From Macrostomum lignano (Eukaryota), in NCBI GenBank assembly GCA_002269645.1, contig NIVC01003872.1:1-64000 (forward strand): a DNA stretch of 64,000 nt, written 5' to 3'. The notes under the pieces are model-generated. The model searched no databases. It saw only the letters and a program-made list of their open reading frames with translations, and had not been told where the DNA came from. Made by a program: the position numbers and the translations under genes. Shown piece after piece: positions 31,658 through 43,708 of this stretch (position 1 is the stretch's first letter; each line of letters begins with the position of its first letter).

Positions 31658-34600
31658 CTCAGTACTTGATCAGGGATTTATTACCCCTCGCGGGTCAGCA
31701 TAGAAGCTGCCTTGAGCCACAACAGACGCGAGGATTTATTACCCCTCGCAGGTCAGCATGGAAGCTGCCTTGAGCCACAACAGACGCGAGGATTTATTAC
31801 CCCTCGCAGGTCAGCATGGAAGCTGCCTTGAGCCACAAACGACGCGAGGATTTATTACCCCTCGCAGGTCAGCATAAAAGCTGCCTTGAGCCACAACAGA
31901 CGCGAGTATTTATTACCCCTCGCAGGTCAGCATAAAAGCTGCCTTGAGCCACAACAGACGCGAGGATTTATTACCCCTCGCAGGTCAGCATGGAAGCTGC
32001 CTTGAGCCACAACAGACGCGAGGATTTATTACCCCTCGCAGGTCAGCATAAAAGCTGCCTTGAGCCACAACAGAAGCGAGGATTTATTACCCCTCGCAGG
32101 TCAGCATAAAAGCTGCCTTGAGCCACAACAGACGCGAGGATTTATTACCCATCGCAGGTCAGCATAAAAGCTGCCTTGAGCCACAACAGACGCGAGGATT
32201 TATTACCCCTCGCGGGTCAGCATGGAAGCTGCCTTTAGCCACAACAGACGCGAGGATTTATTACCCCTCGCAGGTCAGCATGGCAGCTGCCTTTAGCCAC
32301 AACAGACGCGAGGATTTATTACCCCTCGCAGGTCAGCATAAAAGCTGCCTTGAGCCACAACAGACGCGAGGATTTATTACCCCTCGCAGGTCAGCATAAA
32401 AGCTGCCTTGAGCCACAACAGACGCGAGGATTTATTACCCCTCGCAGGTCAGCATAAAAGCTGCCTTGAGCCACAACAGACGCCAGGATTTATTACCCCT
32501 CGCAGGTCAGCATGGAAGCTGCCTTGAGCCACAACAGACGCGAGGATTTATTACCCCTCGCAGGTCAGCATGGAAGCTGCCTTTAGCCACAACAGACGCG
32601 AGGATTTATTACCCCTCGCAGGTCAGCATAAAAGCTGCCTTGAGCCACAACAGACGCCAGGATTTATTACCCCTCGCAGGTCAGCATGGAAGCTGCCTTG
32701 AGCCACAACAGACGCGAGGATTTATTACCCCTCGCGGGTCAGCATGGAAGCTGCCTTGAGCCACAACAGACGCTCAACAGACGGCAGACAGACAGCAGAC
32801 ACATAGACATACAGAAACCAACCTTGGTGCTGCTCTTTGCCACATTTCTCCTATGCAGCATGATTCCGAGGATGATGCAGCACAGCAGGATCACGAAGGC
32901 CACAGCGGCAACAATGACGGCAGTCCTTATGGGGTCGGACATGCCTAGGCCGGACAAGCCGAGCGGCAGCTGGTCCTCCGGACACTCCAGCACCGGACAG
33001 GTGATGAAAAACCTTTGGGGGAGTCGACAGTTAAGAATTGAGTTAAGAGGGAAGAGGTAAGATAGAAAAGCGCAGCGCCAAATCTTCACCACCCTCACCG
33101 AGTGTCCGATTTGTCAACGCACGACGGCCGGGGGAACTGGGCGCCCGGGTTGCGGCACTCGCTGCCGGCGTCTCGGAGGCTGGCGAAGTAGTCAGCAGAC
33201 AGCAGGCGGTTGGCGGCGGAGCTCCACTTGGCGCAGCCGGACTGCACCGCCTGCGGGAAGGGGCGAGGAGCTGGTGTGGGTGTCTGGGTCTGCCTTCGTG
33301 GCTGTCTGTGCATCTGTAACTGCTTTTCTGTTTGTGTCTGTCTCTCTGTAGTACTTTGTGTCTGTTTGTCTGTCTCTCTGTAACATTTGTCTTTTGTACC
33401 TGTTCCTGTAATTGCTTTTGTCTGTTTGTGTCTCTCTGTAATTGCTTGTGTCTGTCTGTAACAGATTGTGTCTGTATCGACCTGTCTGTCTATATCTGCT
33501 AGCCTGGCTGTACTTGTCTGTAACTGCCTGTCTGTCTGACTGCTGTACGCGTCTCCGCCTCCGGCCCACCTCAGCTCTGTCGCTCGGCTCCCTGTAAAAC
33601 AGGCCCCGCCAGAAGTCCCTCCTGGAGAAGCAGCCTCTCGTATTGGTGCTGTCGTCGGACTCGAGCGCACCAGACGCTGGCCGCGCGTGCCGCAGCATGA
33701 CGGCCTCCAGGTCGAAACGGGCGTGACAGCCGGGCTCGGAGTCGGCGTCCGGAAAGAGCTCGCAGTCGGGGAAGCGGCGGAGCAGCTTCACCTCCGAGGA
33801 GCAGACGTGATCGCGCACCAGCAGGCAGTGCTGCCGGCAGGGCTTGTCGGAGCACAGGGCGGATGAGCACAGCAGAGCCTGCGGGGGGGAAGAATGATTG
33901 CTCAGTGAGATTGGGTCTGCTGATTGGATCAGGGAATCCAGCCTCATCATGATGGGAGTGGGATGTGGGAATCCAGCCTCATCATGATGGGAGTTGGATG
34001 TGGGAATCCAGCCTCATCATGATGGGAGTTGGATGTGGGAATCCAGCCTCATCATGATGGGAGTGGGATGTGGGAATCCAGCCTCATCATGATGGGAGTT
34101 GGATGTGGGAATCCAGCCTCATCATGATGGGAGTGGGATGTGGGAATCCAGCCTCATCATGATGGGAGTGGGATGTGGGAATCCAGCCTCATTATGATGG
34201 GAGTGGGATGTGGGAATCCAGCCTCATTATGATGGGAGTGGGATGTGGGAATCCAGCCTCATTATGATGGGAGTGGGGTCTGGGAATCCAGCCTCATTAT
34301 GATGGGAGTGGGGTCTGGGAATCCAGCCTCATCATGATGGGAGTGGGATGTGGGAATCCAGCCATATCATGATGTGAGTGGGATCTGAGAATCCAGCCAC
34401 ATCATGATGGGAGTGGGATCTGAGAATCCAGCCTCATTATGATGGGAGTGGGGTGTGGGAATCCAGCCTCATCATGATGGGAGTGGGGTGTGGGAATCCA
34501 GCCTCATCAACACACCTGAGCCAGCGCAGTGCAGTGGGTCATGTGCGGATCGAGCACATCGGCGGAGTTGGCCGCGGCCTCGGGCAGCACCGCTGACGAG

Positions 34601-37354
34601 TTCAGTAGCCGCTCACGAACAGCCCGGGTCCCGTTGGCAGCCAGGTGTCCCAGGTGAGGCCAGCAGCCGTGGCTCTTGGGCAAAAACGAGCTGAGAGGAT
34701 GGCAGGTCTCTATAACTGGCGCTGTTGTTGTCAGAGTCTCTGGCGGCGGCGCCAAGATGATGTCAAAGGTTCCGACTGCGGAATGCGGCGCATACAGCAG
34801 CACGGGATTCAGTTCTATCATCGTAGGCCCAGTGAGAGCTCGGAGGCGGCACAAAACCTGCATAAATTCAGGTTGTAGAAAATGAATTGCAGAAGACTCA
34901 GCACCTTACTCAGTCCATACAGCACCCAACTCAGTCCATACAGCACCCTACTCAGTCCCTACAGCACCCTACTCAGTCCCTACAGCACCCTACTCAGTCC
35001 CTACAGCACCCTACTCAGTCCCTACAGCACCCTACTCAGTCCCTACAGCACCCTACTCAGTCCCTACAGCACCCTACTCAGTCCCTACAGCACCCTACTC
35101 AGTCCCTACAGCACCCTACTCAGTCCCTACAGCACCCTACTCAGTCCCTACAGCACCCTACTCAGTCCCTACAGCACCCTACTCAGTCCCTACAGCACCC
35201 TACTCAGTCCCTACAGCACCCTACTCAGTCCCTACAGCACCCTACTCAGTCCCTACAGCACCCTACTCAGTCCCTACAGCACCCTACTCAGTCCCTACAG
35301 CACCCTACTCAGTCCCTACAGCACCCAACCGAGCAGAGAGCAACAGACCTGCACTCGAGATCCGACTCGCACAATCCTCGTAACTTTTTTGGACCGCCCG
35401 GCAGACTGCTGAAATTCCAGCCTGTATGCGCTGGGTTTCGAGTGCCACACCAGGGAGGTCAAGAGTCGCTGCACATCTGTGCCCAGTTGCAGCTTCTCTG
35501 CTTCGGCGCCATCAATGCGGATCAGCCTGCCGGGTTGGATGAAGACAGAGCTTTGAATTAACTTAGCTGAGTCTCAGAGACATCAAAGACTCAGCCTAAT
35601 TTGAGTTCTATTGGGATCAGACTCAGCCTAATTTGAGTTCTATTGGGATCAGACTCAGCCTAATTTGAGTTCTATTGGGATCAGACTCAGCCTAATTTGA
35701 GTTCTATTGGGATCAGACTCAGCCTAATTTGAGTTCTATTGGGATCAGACTCAGCCTAATTTGAGTTCTATTGGGATCAGACTCAGCCTAATTTGAGTTC
35801 TATTGGGATCAGACTCAGCCTAATTTGAGTTCTATTGGGATCAGACTCAGCCTAATTTGAGTTCTATTGGGATCAGACTCAGCCTAATTTGAGTTCTATT
35901 GGGATCAGACTCAGCCTAATTTGAGTTCTATTGGGATCAGACTCAGCCTAATTTGAGTTCTATTGGGATCAGACTCAGCCTAATTTGAGCTCCATTGGGA
36001 TCAGACTCAGCCTAATTTGAGTTCTATTGGGATCAGACTCAGCCTAATTTGAGTTCTATTGGGATCAGACTCAGCCTAATTTGAGTTCTATTGGGATCAG
36101 ACTCAGCCTAATTTGAGCTCCATTGGGATCAGACTCAGCCTAATTTGAGCTCCATTGGGATCAGACTCAGCCTAATTTGAGTTCTATTGGGATCAGACTC
36201 AGCCTAATTTGAGCTCCATTGGGATCAGACTCAGCCTAATTTGAGCTCCATTGGGATCAGACTCAGCCTCATTTGAGCTCCATTGGGATCAGACTCAGCC
36301 TAATTTGAGTTCTATTGGGATCAGACTCAGCCTAATTTGAGTTCTATTGGGATCAGACTCAGCCTAATTTGAGTTCTATTGGGATCAGACTCAGCCTAAT
36401 TTGAGTTCTATTGGGATCAGACTCAGCCTAATTTGAGTTCTATTGGGATCAGACTCAGCCTAATTTGAGTTCTATTGGGATCAGACTCAGCCTAATTTGA
36501 GTTCTATTGGGATCAGACTCAGCCTAATTTGAGTTCTATTGGGATCAGACTCAGCCTAATTTGAGCTCCATTGGGATCAGACTCAGCCTAATTTGAGCTC
36601 CATTGGGATCAGACTCAGCCTCATTTGAGCTCCATTGGGATCAGACTCAGCCTAATTTGAGCTCCATTGGGATCAGACTCAGACTAATTTGAGCTCCATT
36701 GGGATCAGACTCAGCCTAATTTGAGCTCCACTGGGATCAGACTCAGCCTCATTTGAGCTCCATTGGGATCAGACTCCGCCTCATTTGAGCTCCACTGGGA
36801 TCAGACTCAGCCTCATTTGAGCTCCATTGGGATCAGACTCACCAATCCAATTCGAATGAGCATGAGCATTGGCCACTGCAGTACAGCTCAGCCTCATAGC
36901 CCGGCTTGAGCTCCTGCCGATACGAAAAGGTGTTGGACACCTTCCCAGTCTCCATATGCGGCGAGAAGACGGGAGGGTAGAAGGGCACGAAGAGAACGCT
37001 CCCCTTGAGAACGGTGCCATTAAGTAGCTTGGCGTGGCACCACACGTCGCCATAATTCACGCCCACCCTGGTGAAGACCAAAGTCCCGTTGCCGAAATCC
37101 AGCACCGGGGTTACGTCTGAGGAGTTGCTCAGCGCCCCGTATCTCCATGAGAAGTAGATTTTGGTCACTTGATCGGCAATCTCGGCACTCGGGGTGCACT
37201 GAAGCACAAAGTTCTCGTCGAACAGGATAGGAAAATTGCGGGTCACCAGGGTCACGTTCAGCTGGTCGTTGCCCTTATTCTCGTCGTTGTCCAAAATGGC
37301 CAAAGCCGATTGAACTGCAAACAGCAGGAGCAGCCAAATCAATTTGGTAGCCAT
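25762..37354 (-). CDS. Ror/MuSK/Nrk-type receptor tyrosine kinase (signal peptide, Ig-like, Frizzled CRD, kringle, TM, tyrosine kinase), 995 aa
   Basis: Phase-consistent exons 37354-36843, 35550-35349, 34857-34516, 33878-33549, 33250-33099, 33012-32819, 31556-31388, 28843-28540 and 26544-25762, totalling 2988 nt; the 35550, 32819 and 28843 boundaries were chosen for phase fit. Signal peptide MATKLIWLLLLFAVQSALA; Ig-like VLQC..FSW..VWCH; CRD-like KPCRQHCLLVRDHVC..FPDC; kringle CAKW..ECRNP; TM AVIVAAVAFVILLCCIILGIML; kinase GKGAFF, VALK, FRDLASRN, DFG and LPVRWLAPE. Confidence 0.88.
26640..27090. repeat. ~29-bp minisatellite, RTK intron 8
   Basis: Unit CTCCATCTCACTGCTCAGCCTCATCAATR with variants. 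Confidence 0.92.
27535..28465. repeat. 23-bp minisatellite, about 40 copies, RTK intron 8
   Basis: Unit GGATATTCCATAGCAGAATGTGG. Confidence 0.97.
30195..31020. repeat. 21-23-bp minisatellite, RTK intron 7
   Basis: Units GTCTAACCCACCCTATCCTCTT and GTCTAACCCACCCTATCTACCAT, with a gradient of variants along the array. Confidence 0.95.
31565..32815. repeat. 58-bp minisatellite (about 19 copies, 31675-32775) flanked by (CAGA)n-type microsatellite, RTK intron 6
   Basis: Unit GCTGCCTTGAGCCACAACAGACGCGAGGATTTATTACCCCTCGCAGGTCAGCATRRAA. Confidence 0.96.
33930..34508. repeat. 35-bp minisatellite, about 16 copies, RTK intron 3
   Basis: Unit TGGGAATCCAGCCTCATCATGATGGGAGTGGGATG. Confidence 0.95.
34905..35330. 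repeat. 21-bp minisatellite, about 20 copies, RTK intron 2
   Basis: Unit CTACTCAGTCCCTACAGCACC. Confidence 0.97.
35586..36842. repeat. 32-bp minisatellite, about 39 copies, filling RTK intron 1
   Basis: Unit GACTCAGCCTAATTTGAGTTCTATTGGGATCA. Confidence 0.97.
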
Positions 37355-38976
37355 AGAGACAGCAAGTTAACGATCCGGCAGTGAGTTGCCCTGTGAGTTG
37401 ATGCAGGCCGCTCTTGCTGCTCAGCTGGCAATTTCTGGCTGAAATGGGATTTGGGAATCTAGCTGAGATTCTGCCAGGGAGTTATGAGGGGTTTGGCGCA
37501 ACCAGGTCAACCATGGCGTACCTGGAGCTGGAGCAGCAGGGGGAGCAGCAGGGGGGGGGGCAGGTAAAGAGCAGCCAACAACCCTGACATCCACCTAGAG
37601 TTGCTGTGAGAGTGTCACACATTGTTACAAGGAGGATGAAATCTCTTTTTTTAAGAGTTATATTGTTGCCAGCTTCCCAGAAATTAATGCACTAGCTGTG
37701 AGACAACTTGAGCTGCTTTTTTAGGCATGCATCCAATTTGCAATTAAACATTTTAACCAATAATATGCCCTCTGCTGACAAACTTGAGATAGCCATTCTA
37801 TGACAGTGAATGAGACTCTTCTCTTACAAAGCAGTTTTGTGAAATTTGTTAGTCAAAAGTAAGTTGTGCATATTTTTGCAGCTTGGAAACATACTTGCTT
37901 GGCTAAAGCACTGTCCCAAGATGTTCTCAGTACATTAATACCCATGCTTTTTAAGGGCGTTAATGGGAAATCAGAGGGCGCCGTGTGTCCAGATTTGCGA
38001 CTTTGTTTCTCCCAATTGTGACTTAGTTCCTCTCGATTTCAACTTATTTTCATTTTGTATATGACCTTTCTTGCCTTTTTCTCTTTTCTTCTCTTTCTCT
38101 TTCTCTTTCCTCTTCCGCTCTCTCTCTTTTCTCCCGCCTTTCTTTTCCTTTTCTCTTTCTCTCCTTTCTTTCTTTCCCCCAATTTTATTTTTTGCATTTT
38201 CGATTTTGCAACTTACCTTGGCTGGTGGCAATTTCACCTGTCTGGTTTGGATGGGTTGGACAGGTGTTGGGCATATATGATTAGTACTATTTGCTACATG
38301 CTCAAAGGAGTTAGAGAATGCTAACTAGAATTTGTCCTCAATTTTAGAAAACAAAACAAACCTCGAAGAGGATACCATTGATGAGAAATCTGTGTACAGC
38401 AAGCTGAGTTGTTGGAACAGTTGAGTCTTTTGATCATAGAAAGAAAAAATGTGTATATTCCTAAGAGCCATTTGTGAACGCATATTAATTCAGCACCATA
38501 GTCCTACCATCTACAAGTTCTTTCTATTGTCTAACACTGTCAATTTTCAAGTGTTAGCCATTTACAACAATTGTTATCAGGTCTTAGCAATGATCCTAAC
38601 CCCAAAGCTAAAAGGCTTAAAGCCTGGCTAAAGGCTAAAGCCTGCAGCTTACCAGAGTCTAAGAGGGTGGCTCTATTTGTAATTGATAAAATTTACTCTT
38701 CTAAAAAATAGAAGTTATTAGAAAGCATTTTTTGGAATTGATAGTGATATTAAAACTAATGACTTGGCCAAATGATATGTACATTTTAAATAAAATCATT
38801 ACATAGTGACTTCTAAGAGGTTGCTTAGCTTTTCTTATTCTAAAAAGTAACTTAAATGCATAAGAGCTTCATAAGCATCTCCATGACTTCAAGGAAACAT
38901 GCGTGTTTTAAACTATTATAATAAGAGAAAATTATAATATTAATTTATTAAATAACAAAGTTCTCAGCCTTCTAAA

Positions 38977-39259
38977 CATATATGCGCAACTGCTGGCCGA
39001 CCTGGCCGATCTGGCCACCGTAAATTGTGGTGGACCAGGGGTAAATCGCAAAAATGCCACCCCAAAGAATATGGACGTAGTACTAATTAGATGCCGAGGC
39101 ATTTAATATTATTAAATGATAATACAGTCATAGTTACTCCTGCCGTTTATCCAAAACTGCGTTAATTTTGCTTTAGGGTTTCTTTTGCAGGTAAGTCACA
39201 TTTTTGGTCAAAAAGTAAGTCGCATGGCTGGTGTAAATCAGGGGGGTTGCGCATGTATG
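38977..39259. mobile_element. hAT-type MITE, copy 2 (283 bp), containing an antisense 28S rRNA-like segment
   Basis: TIRs CATATATGCGCAAC...GTTGCGCATGTATG with 1 mismatch; perfect 8-bp TSD CTTCTAAA (38969-38976 and 39260-39267) in non-repetitive DNA; colinear with 10014-10310. Confidence 0.92.
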
Positions 39260-42200
39260 CTTCTAAATGTATTTATTTGTATCTAATTTCATAGGAAAAC
39301 ATAGGCAGAATGAGTGGTTTGAGAGAGGCCCTGAGACTAACCTTGTACAATGCCCCCTTGCCCAATGTTACTTCTTAAAGAGTATAATAAGCCAATAGGA
39401 TTTCTTGCAAAAAAAAAGCATTATGAATATCAAGAGCTATAAGGTTTAAAAAGCAAAATATATTAAAAGATAAATATCAGGATATGCTTACCTACTATCA
39501 AAATTACAAAAGTTACAAAATTAGCAATAACAATTTTGTGCTGAAAAATGAAAACTTTCTATCTCTATTATAGTATATTCCTTCAAAAAACCTGCCTCCC
39601 ACAATTTAAAAAAAAACAAGGTTTTTTATCTGTCTATATCAATAGACTTTACTTTTTATATGCTTACCAATATCTTATTTTTATTAGAAAAAAAGCTTCC
39701 TAATATATATACATGCAACTAAATTTTATTTCTTTCTTAGGAAGTCATTTTATCTGCTTGAAGATAAAAAGGTAATAGACAAAATGACTATAAAATTTTT
39801 GTTTTAATTTTTGTTCATAATTTATTTTATAATGGAAAAAAATTAGGCCTTCTTGAACTTTAGGTACATAAAATACTTCCAATTTTCCTTTTTCGATGAA
39901 ATTTTTGCCAGTTTTAAAGGCTGTCCAAAATGATAATAAAGCAAAAAAAACTGCAAAAAATTATCCTTAGAGGTAACAGGAGCTTGATTTGTTAACCTCC
40001 TATGTAACTAGTGGTAATTTGATCTAAGCAGTTTTGGAAAATTGTGTGTTTGAAAGTTGAACTTTTTTAGAATCATAACTTTTTAATTTAATTTTTTTCC
40101 AAAACTTGATGAATTTATTCTAAAAAACATTTAGAGGGTTCAACTTTTATCTCTTAAAAATAGTGTATATTCTATTTTTTTTTCATTCAATTTGTTCTAG
40201 TGCAATGAGAGTGCCATGTCAGTTTACTTTTTTTAAAAAATGCTAACTAATGGGTTCAAGAGTTCAAGAAAACCAATAATTAAGCCATAGATAAGGACCA
40301 TATGACTATCATACATAAGATAATAATATATAAATTGGTATATACAAAAATGTAGGCATGTATACCAGAAATTTCAAAGGTGTACTCAAGAAATTTGGCA
40401 TATATGTTGATATACAAAAAATTATTTTGGGCTTTTGATATACATATTTAATATTTTGGTATGTGACATACTTATGCTGAAAACAAAAGAATACATTATC
40501 AGTAATGTCAAAATAGTCAAAATAGTTGTCTATGCAATATAATTAAAAAGTTTGATAACCATTTAAGGCAAAAGTCATTTGCATGTTTTTTACAAGAAAA
40601 CAATTTGAAATTTTAACAAAAATGCATAAATTTTATTATTGTTCATTATATATATAAGACATAATTTTATAAATATAATTATCATTAGTTTTTAACCTTA
40701 TTTAATTAAGCCATAGTTTGGAAGGTGACATATATGCCAGGATTTACCAGTATATAAAAAAGGTCTTACCAATTTTCAACATATATAAAAATATAATTCA
40801 GTGTACATGATATAGCAAATGCATTGTATCAAATTATATATTTTTTGTATTGGTACACAAACCTAGCATACAAATGAGGTCTTGCTATTTTTTCTGACAT
40901 TAAACCTACTATATACTAGTATATAATCCCAATTATGCCTGGATAGTAGGCCTTAAATATTTAAAAATTGACAATTTGAAGCTTTGCACAATATAATATA
41001 TTTGGTAAACATTAGTATAAACCAAAAAAATTGGTTGTTTTTTCTAGGGTATATAATATAGTATTTTGAACTATAGATAAAGTATTCCAAACTATGGACT
41101 AAGAGCCTTACATTAGGCCTATTAGGCTAGGCCCCCTATCTTACTTAGGTTAGGTTAGGAATCAGGAGTGCATATACTTGTACACACAAATGACAGTTGT
41201 TTTATCTGCAATTTTTTTGCCTACAATTGTAAAAATATGATGTAATCTTTTTGTTTACCATAGAACATTAAGACTAAGGTATGATGCTAATACATATAAT
41301 ATTAAAACAAATATCTATAAATATTAAAAAGTACTTATAGTTATAAGTGAGAATAAATAACTCAATTACAAATACAAGTATAGGCCTATGTGTATCCCAT
41401 ATTGCGGAAGGTTTTCTGTGTATACCGGACACATTTTTATTGAATTTTCAATTGTACGCCAATAGATTTTAAATGTACATCAACTTAAAAAATGGTAAAA
41501 AAATCAACAAATATTTAAATTTAAATTTAAACTACAAAAAATTGAGAACAACATGACAATTGTTGTGACAACTCCGGAAATTAAAATGATTGGTAAATGG
41601 GAAAATAGTAGCAGAAAAAATGGTTTTTGAAATAACTTAACACAGAAAAAGCACAAAAAAATTTTTATATTAATTTCAACGCCAGTCGTCATACACCACT
41701 GTACGCTACACTGTACACAGCCAAGAAATGTACGCTGGTGTGCACCATGGAAATCAGTGTACGCCGGAATTTTTTGGCATATATCCCACCATCCACAAAA
41801 TGGTGTGTATCTAAAATATTAATTTTCCCCAAGTGACCCAAATATTGACTTATAGGCTATACTCGGCCTATACTAACTTTTTGTTTATAACGAATAAACA
41901 TTTCAATAAAGACAGCAAATACATTATCATTATTGGATTGGGCTCATAATAGCCAGCTGATGGTAGTAGGCCTATTCAACTGCAAACTCTGCCTAGGTCC
42001 CTATATTATTTTTCTTAAAAATATTATGATAAACAAAATTACACTTGCAAAAAATAACATTGTATCATAGATTCTTTTTAGTTTGGCATGAATTATTACA
42101 TCTAATTTTGAAAAATTAGCTTTACAAGCTATATAGCTAGGCATATACTTTCATTTTTCTTTTTTTAAGTTTTGTTTGCCAGTAGACAAAAAAGTAGCAG

Positions 42201-43708
42201 ACGAAATGACTGTGCACCACACACACTAACAGTCAACACAGGGTGTATAGGGGCTCTGACTTTCTAATCGTCAGGCATGTATGCACACTCTCTCTCAACT
42301 CTCAAGACAAAACTTGCACATCTACAAATAAATCAATTTTTGACAAATTAACTTTTGGCATATCAACTTTTGTTTTAGCAAATAGTATAGAAATAGGTAG
42401 GCCCCTCCCCTATATTATGATAACTAAAGTCAAAGATGATGATATTAACTTGCTACAAATTAGAATGTATTAGATAATTTTTGGCTAGGCCTATGCTTTG
42501 TAGTTTGTAATTTTCTTATTCTAATAAAAGTAAACTTCTTAGGGCCTAATCAAATCATAAGTTTAGTTTATGTAAATAATCCAACAGCTCTAGCTATAGG
42601 CCCTAGCCATCAGGCATCAGGCTCGACACTTATGACTTAAACTTATTTTATGGATTTGGACCTACCTTTCACTTTCAGACAGCAAAGCATGGACTCTAAC
42701 TTCGTTTAATTAACTACTTAGTTACAGCTGTCTGTAGCTGTTGGACCACTCTAGCTAGCCAGACAACCAGTAACAGAGAGGTATAATTTAAAAAAAAGTA
42801 GACGACAGACGGTACTCAAGTCAAGACACAAACGCGGACCCCGTCGCGACTCGCAGGAGTCGCAGGGACTGACGACATAATTATGACCGGTTTTTCAGTT
42901 CCAGTTCCCAAATCGTACTTTAAAATCCCGCCGTAACGGAATATGTTACAACGCATATTAAAACAAATGTTTACTGCTTTAAGAATGAAGTTGACATTAA
43001 TGTTTTAAAAAATGAATAAAATACAATATTATTCAAACGTTTTCTTATTTTATTTATATTTAGAAAACTATTATAGAGGCGAATATTCAAAAAACCACGG
43101 TTCGAAATCGGAGTCAACTCGATCTATCATTATCGTTGTATGTGATAATGTGACGATAACAATATGAAGTAAGAATTCTTCTAAATATGATAAAACTAAA
43201 AAATTAATATGTAGAATGAATAAACAAAGAAACTAGTAGACAATTATAAAAAATTTTTCGTTCTTTTTACACTTGATAAAGACAGTAGTTAACTACAATT
43301 AAGTTAACTACAATTACTTTGAACTCAAAAATATTGTGGTAAATTAATAAATTAACTAATAGCAATTCAATTAATGGTTTCAATTGACGCTAAAAAAATT
43401 CAAAAGTTAAAGGTCCTTATAAAACATGGGTTTTGAATATTACATGTGAAATAAAAAATTGAGATAAAAATATAAGATGGGATACATGTAATTTATAAGA
43501 TTATGATGTTACTTCTCCAGAAGAATGCATGTAATTGTCGTAAAAATTCTATCAATAACTTAATACAGAAAATACGTAGTTTAATCCAATAGTGCACCTT
43601 GAATTGATTAATTGTAATTTCTCTACAGACCTTACAAATCTAATTGATCAAATATTAAACATGTAAATATTTTGCACAATTAGATGCAATTCTTAACTTG
43701 CATGTGAT

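Noticed and set aside
31675-32775. CRISPR-like appearance (palindromic repeats)
   Set aside because: No unique spacers, no cas genes, and it lies in a eukaryotic intron. The same applies to the other arrays.
41390-41812. Possible degenerate MITE (CCATATTGCGGAAGG ... CCATCCACAAAATGG)
   Set aside because: Several mismatches in 15 bp, no TSD and no second copy.
42838-42870. GC hairpin GCGACTC-gcag-GAGTCGC as a Helitron 3' end
   Set aside because: Short stem, ambiguous terminus and no matching 5' end identified.
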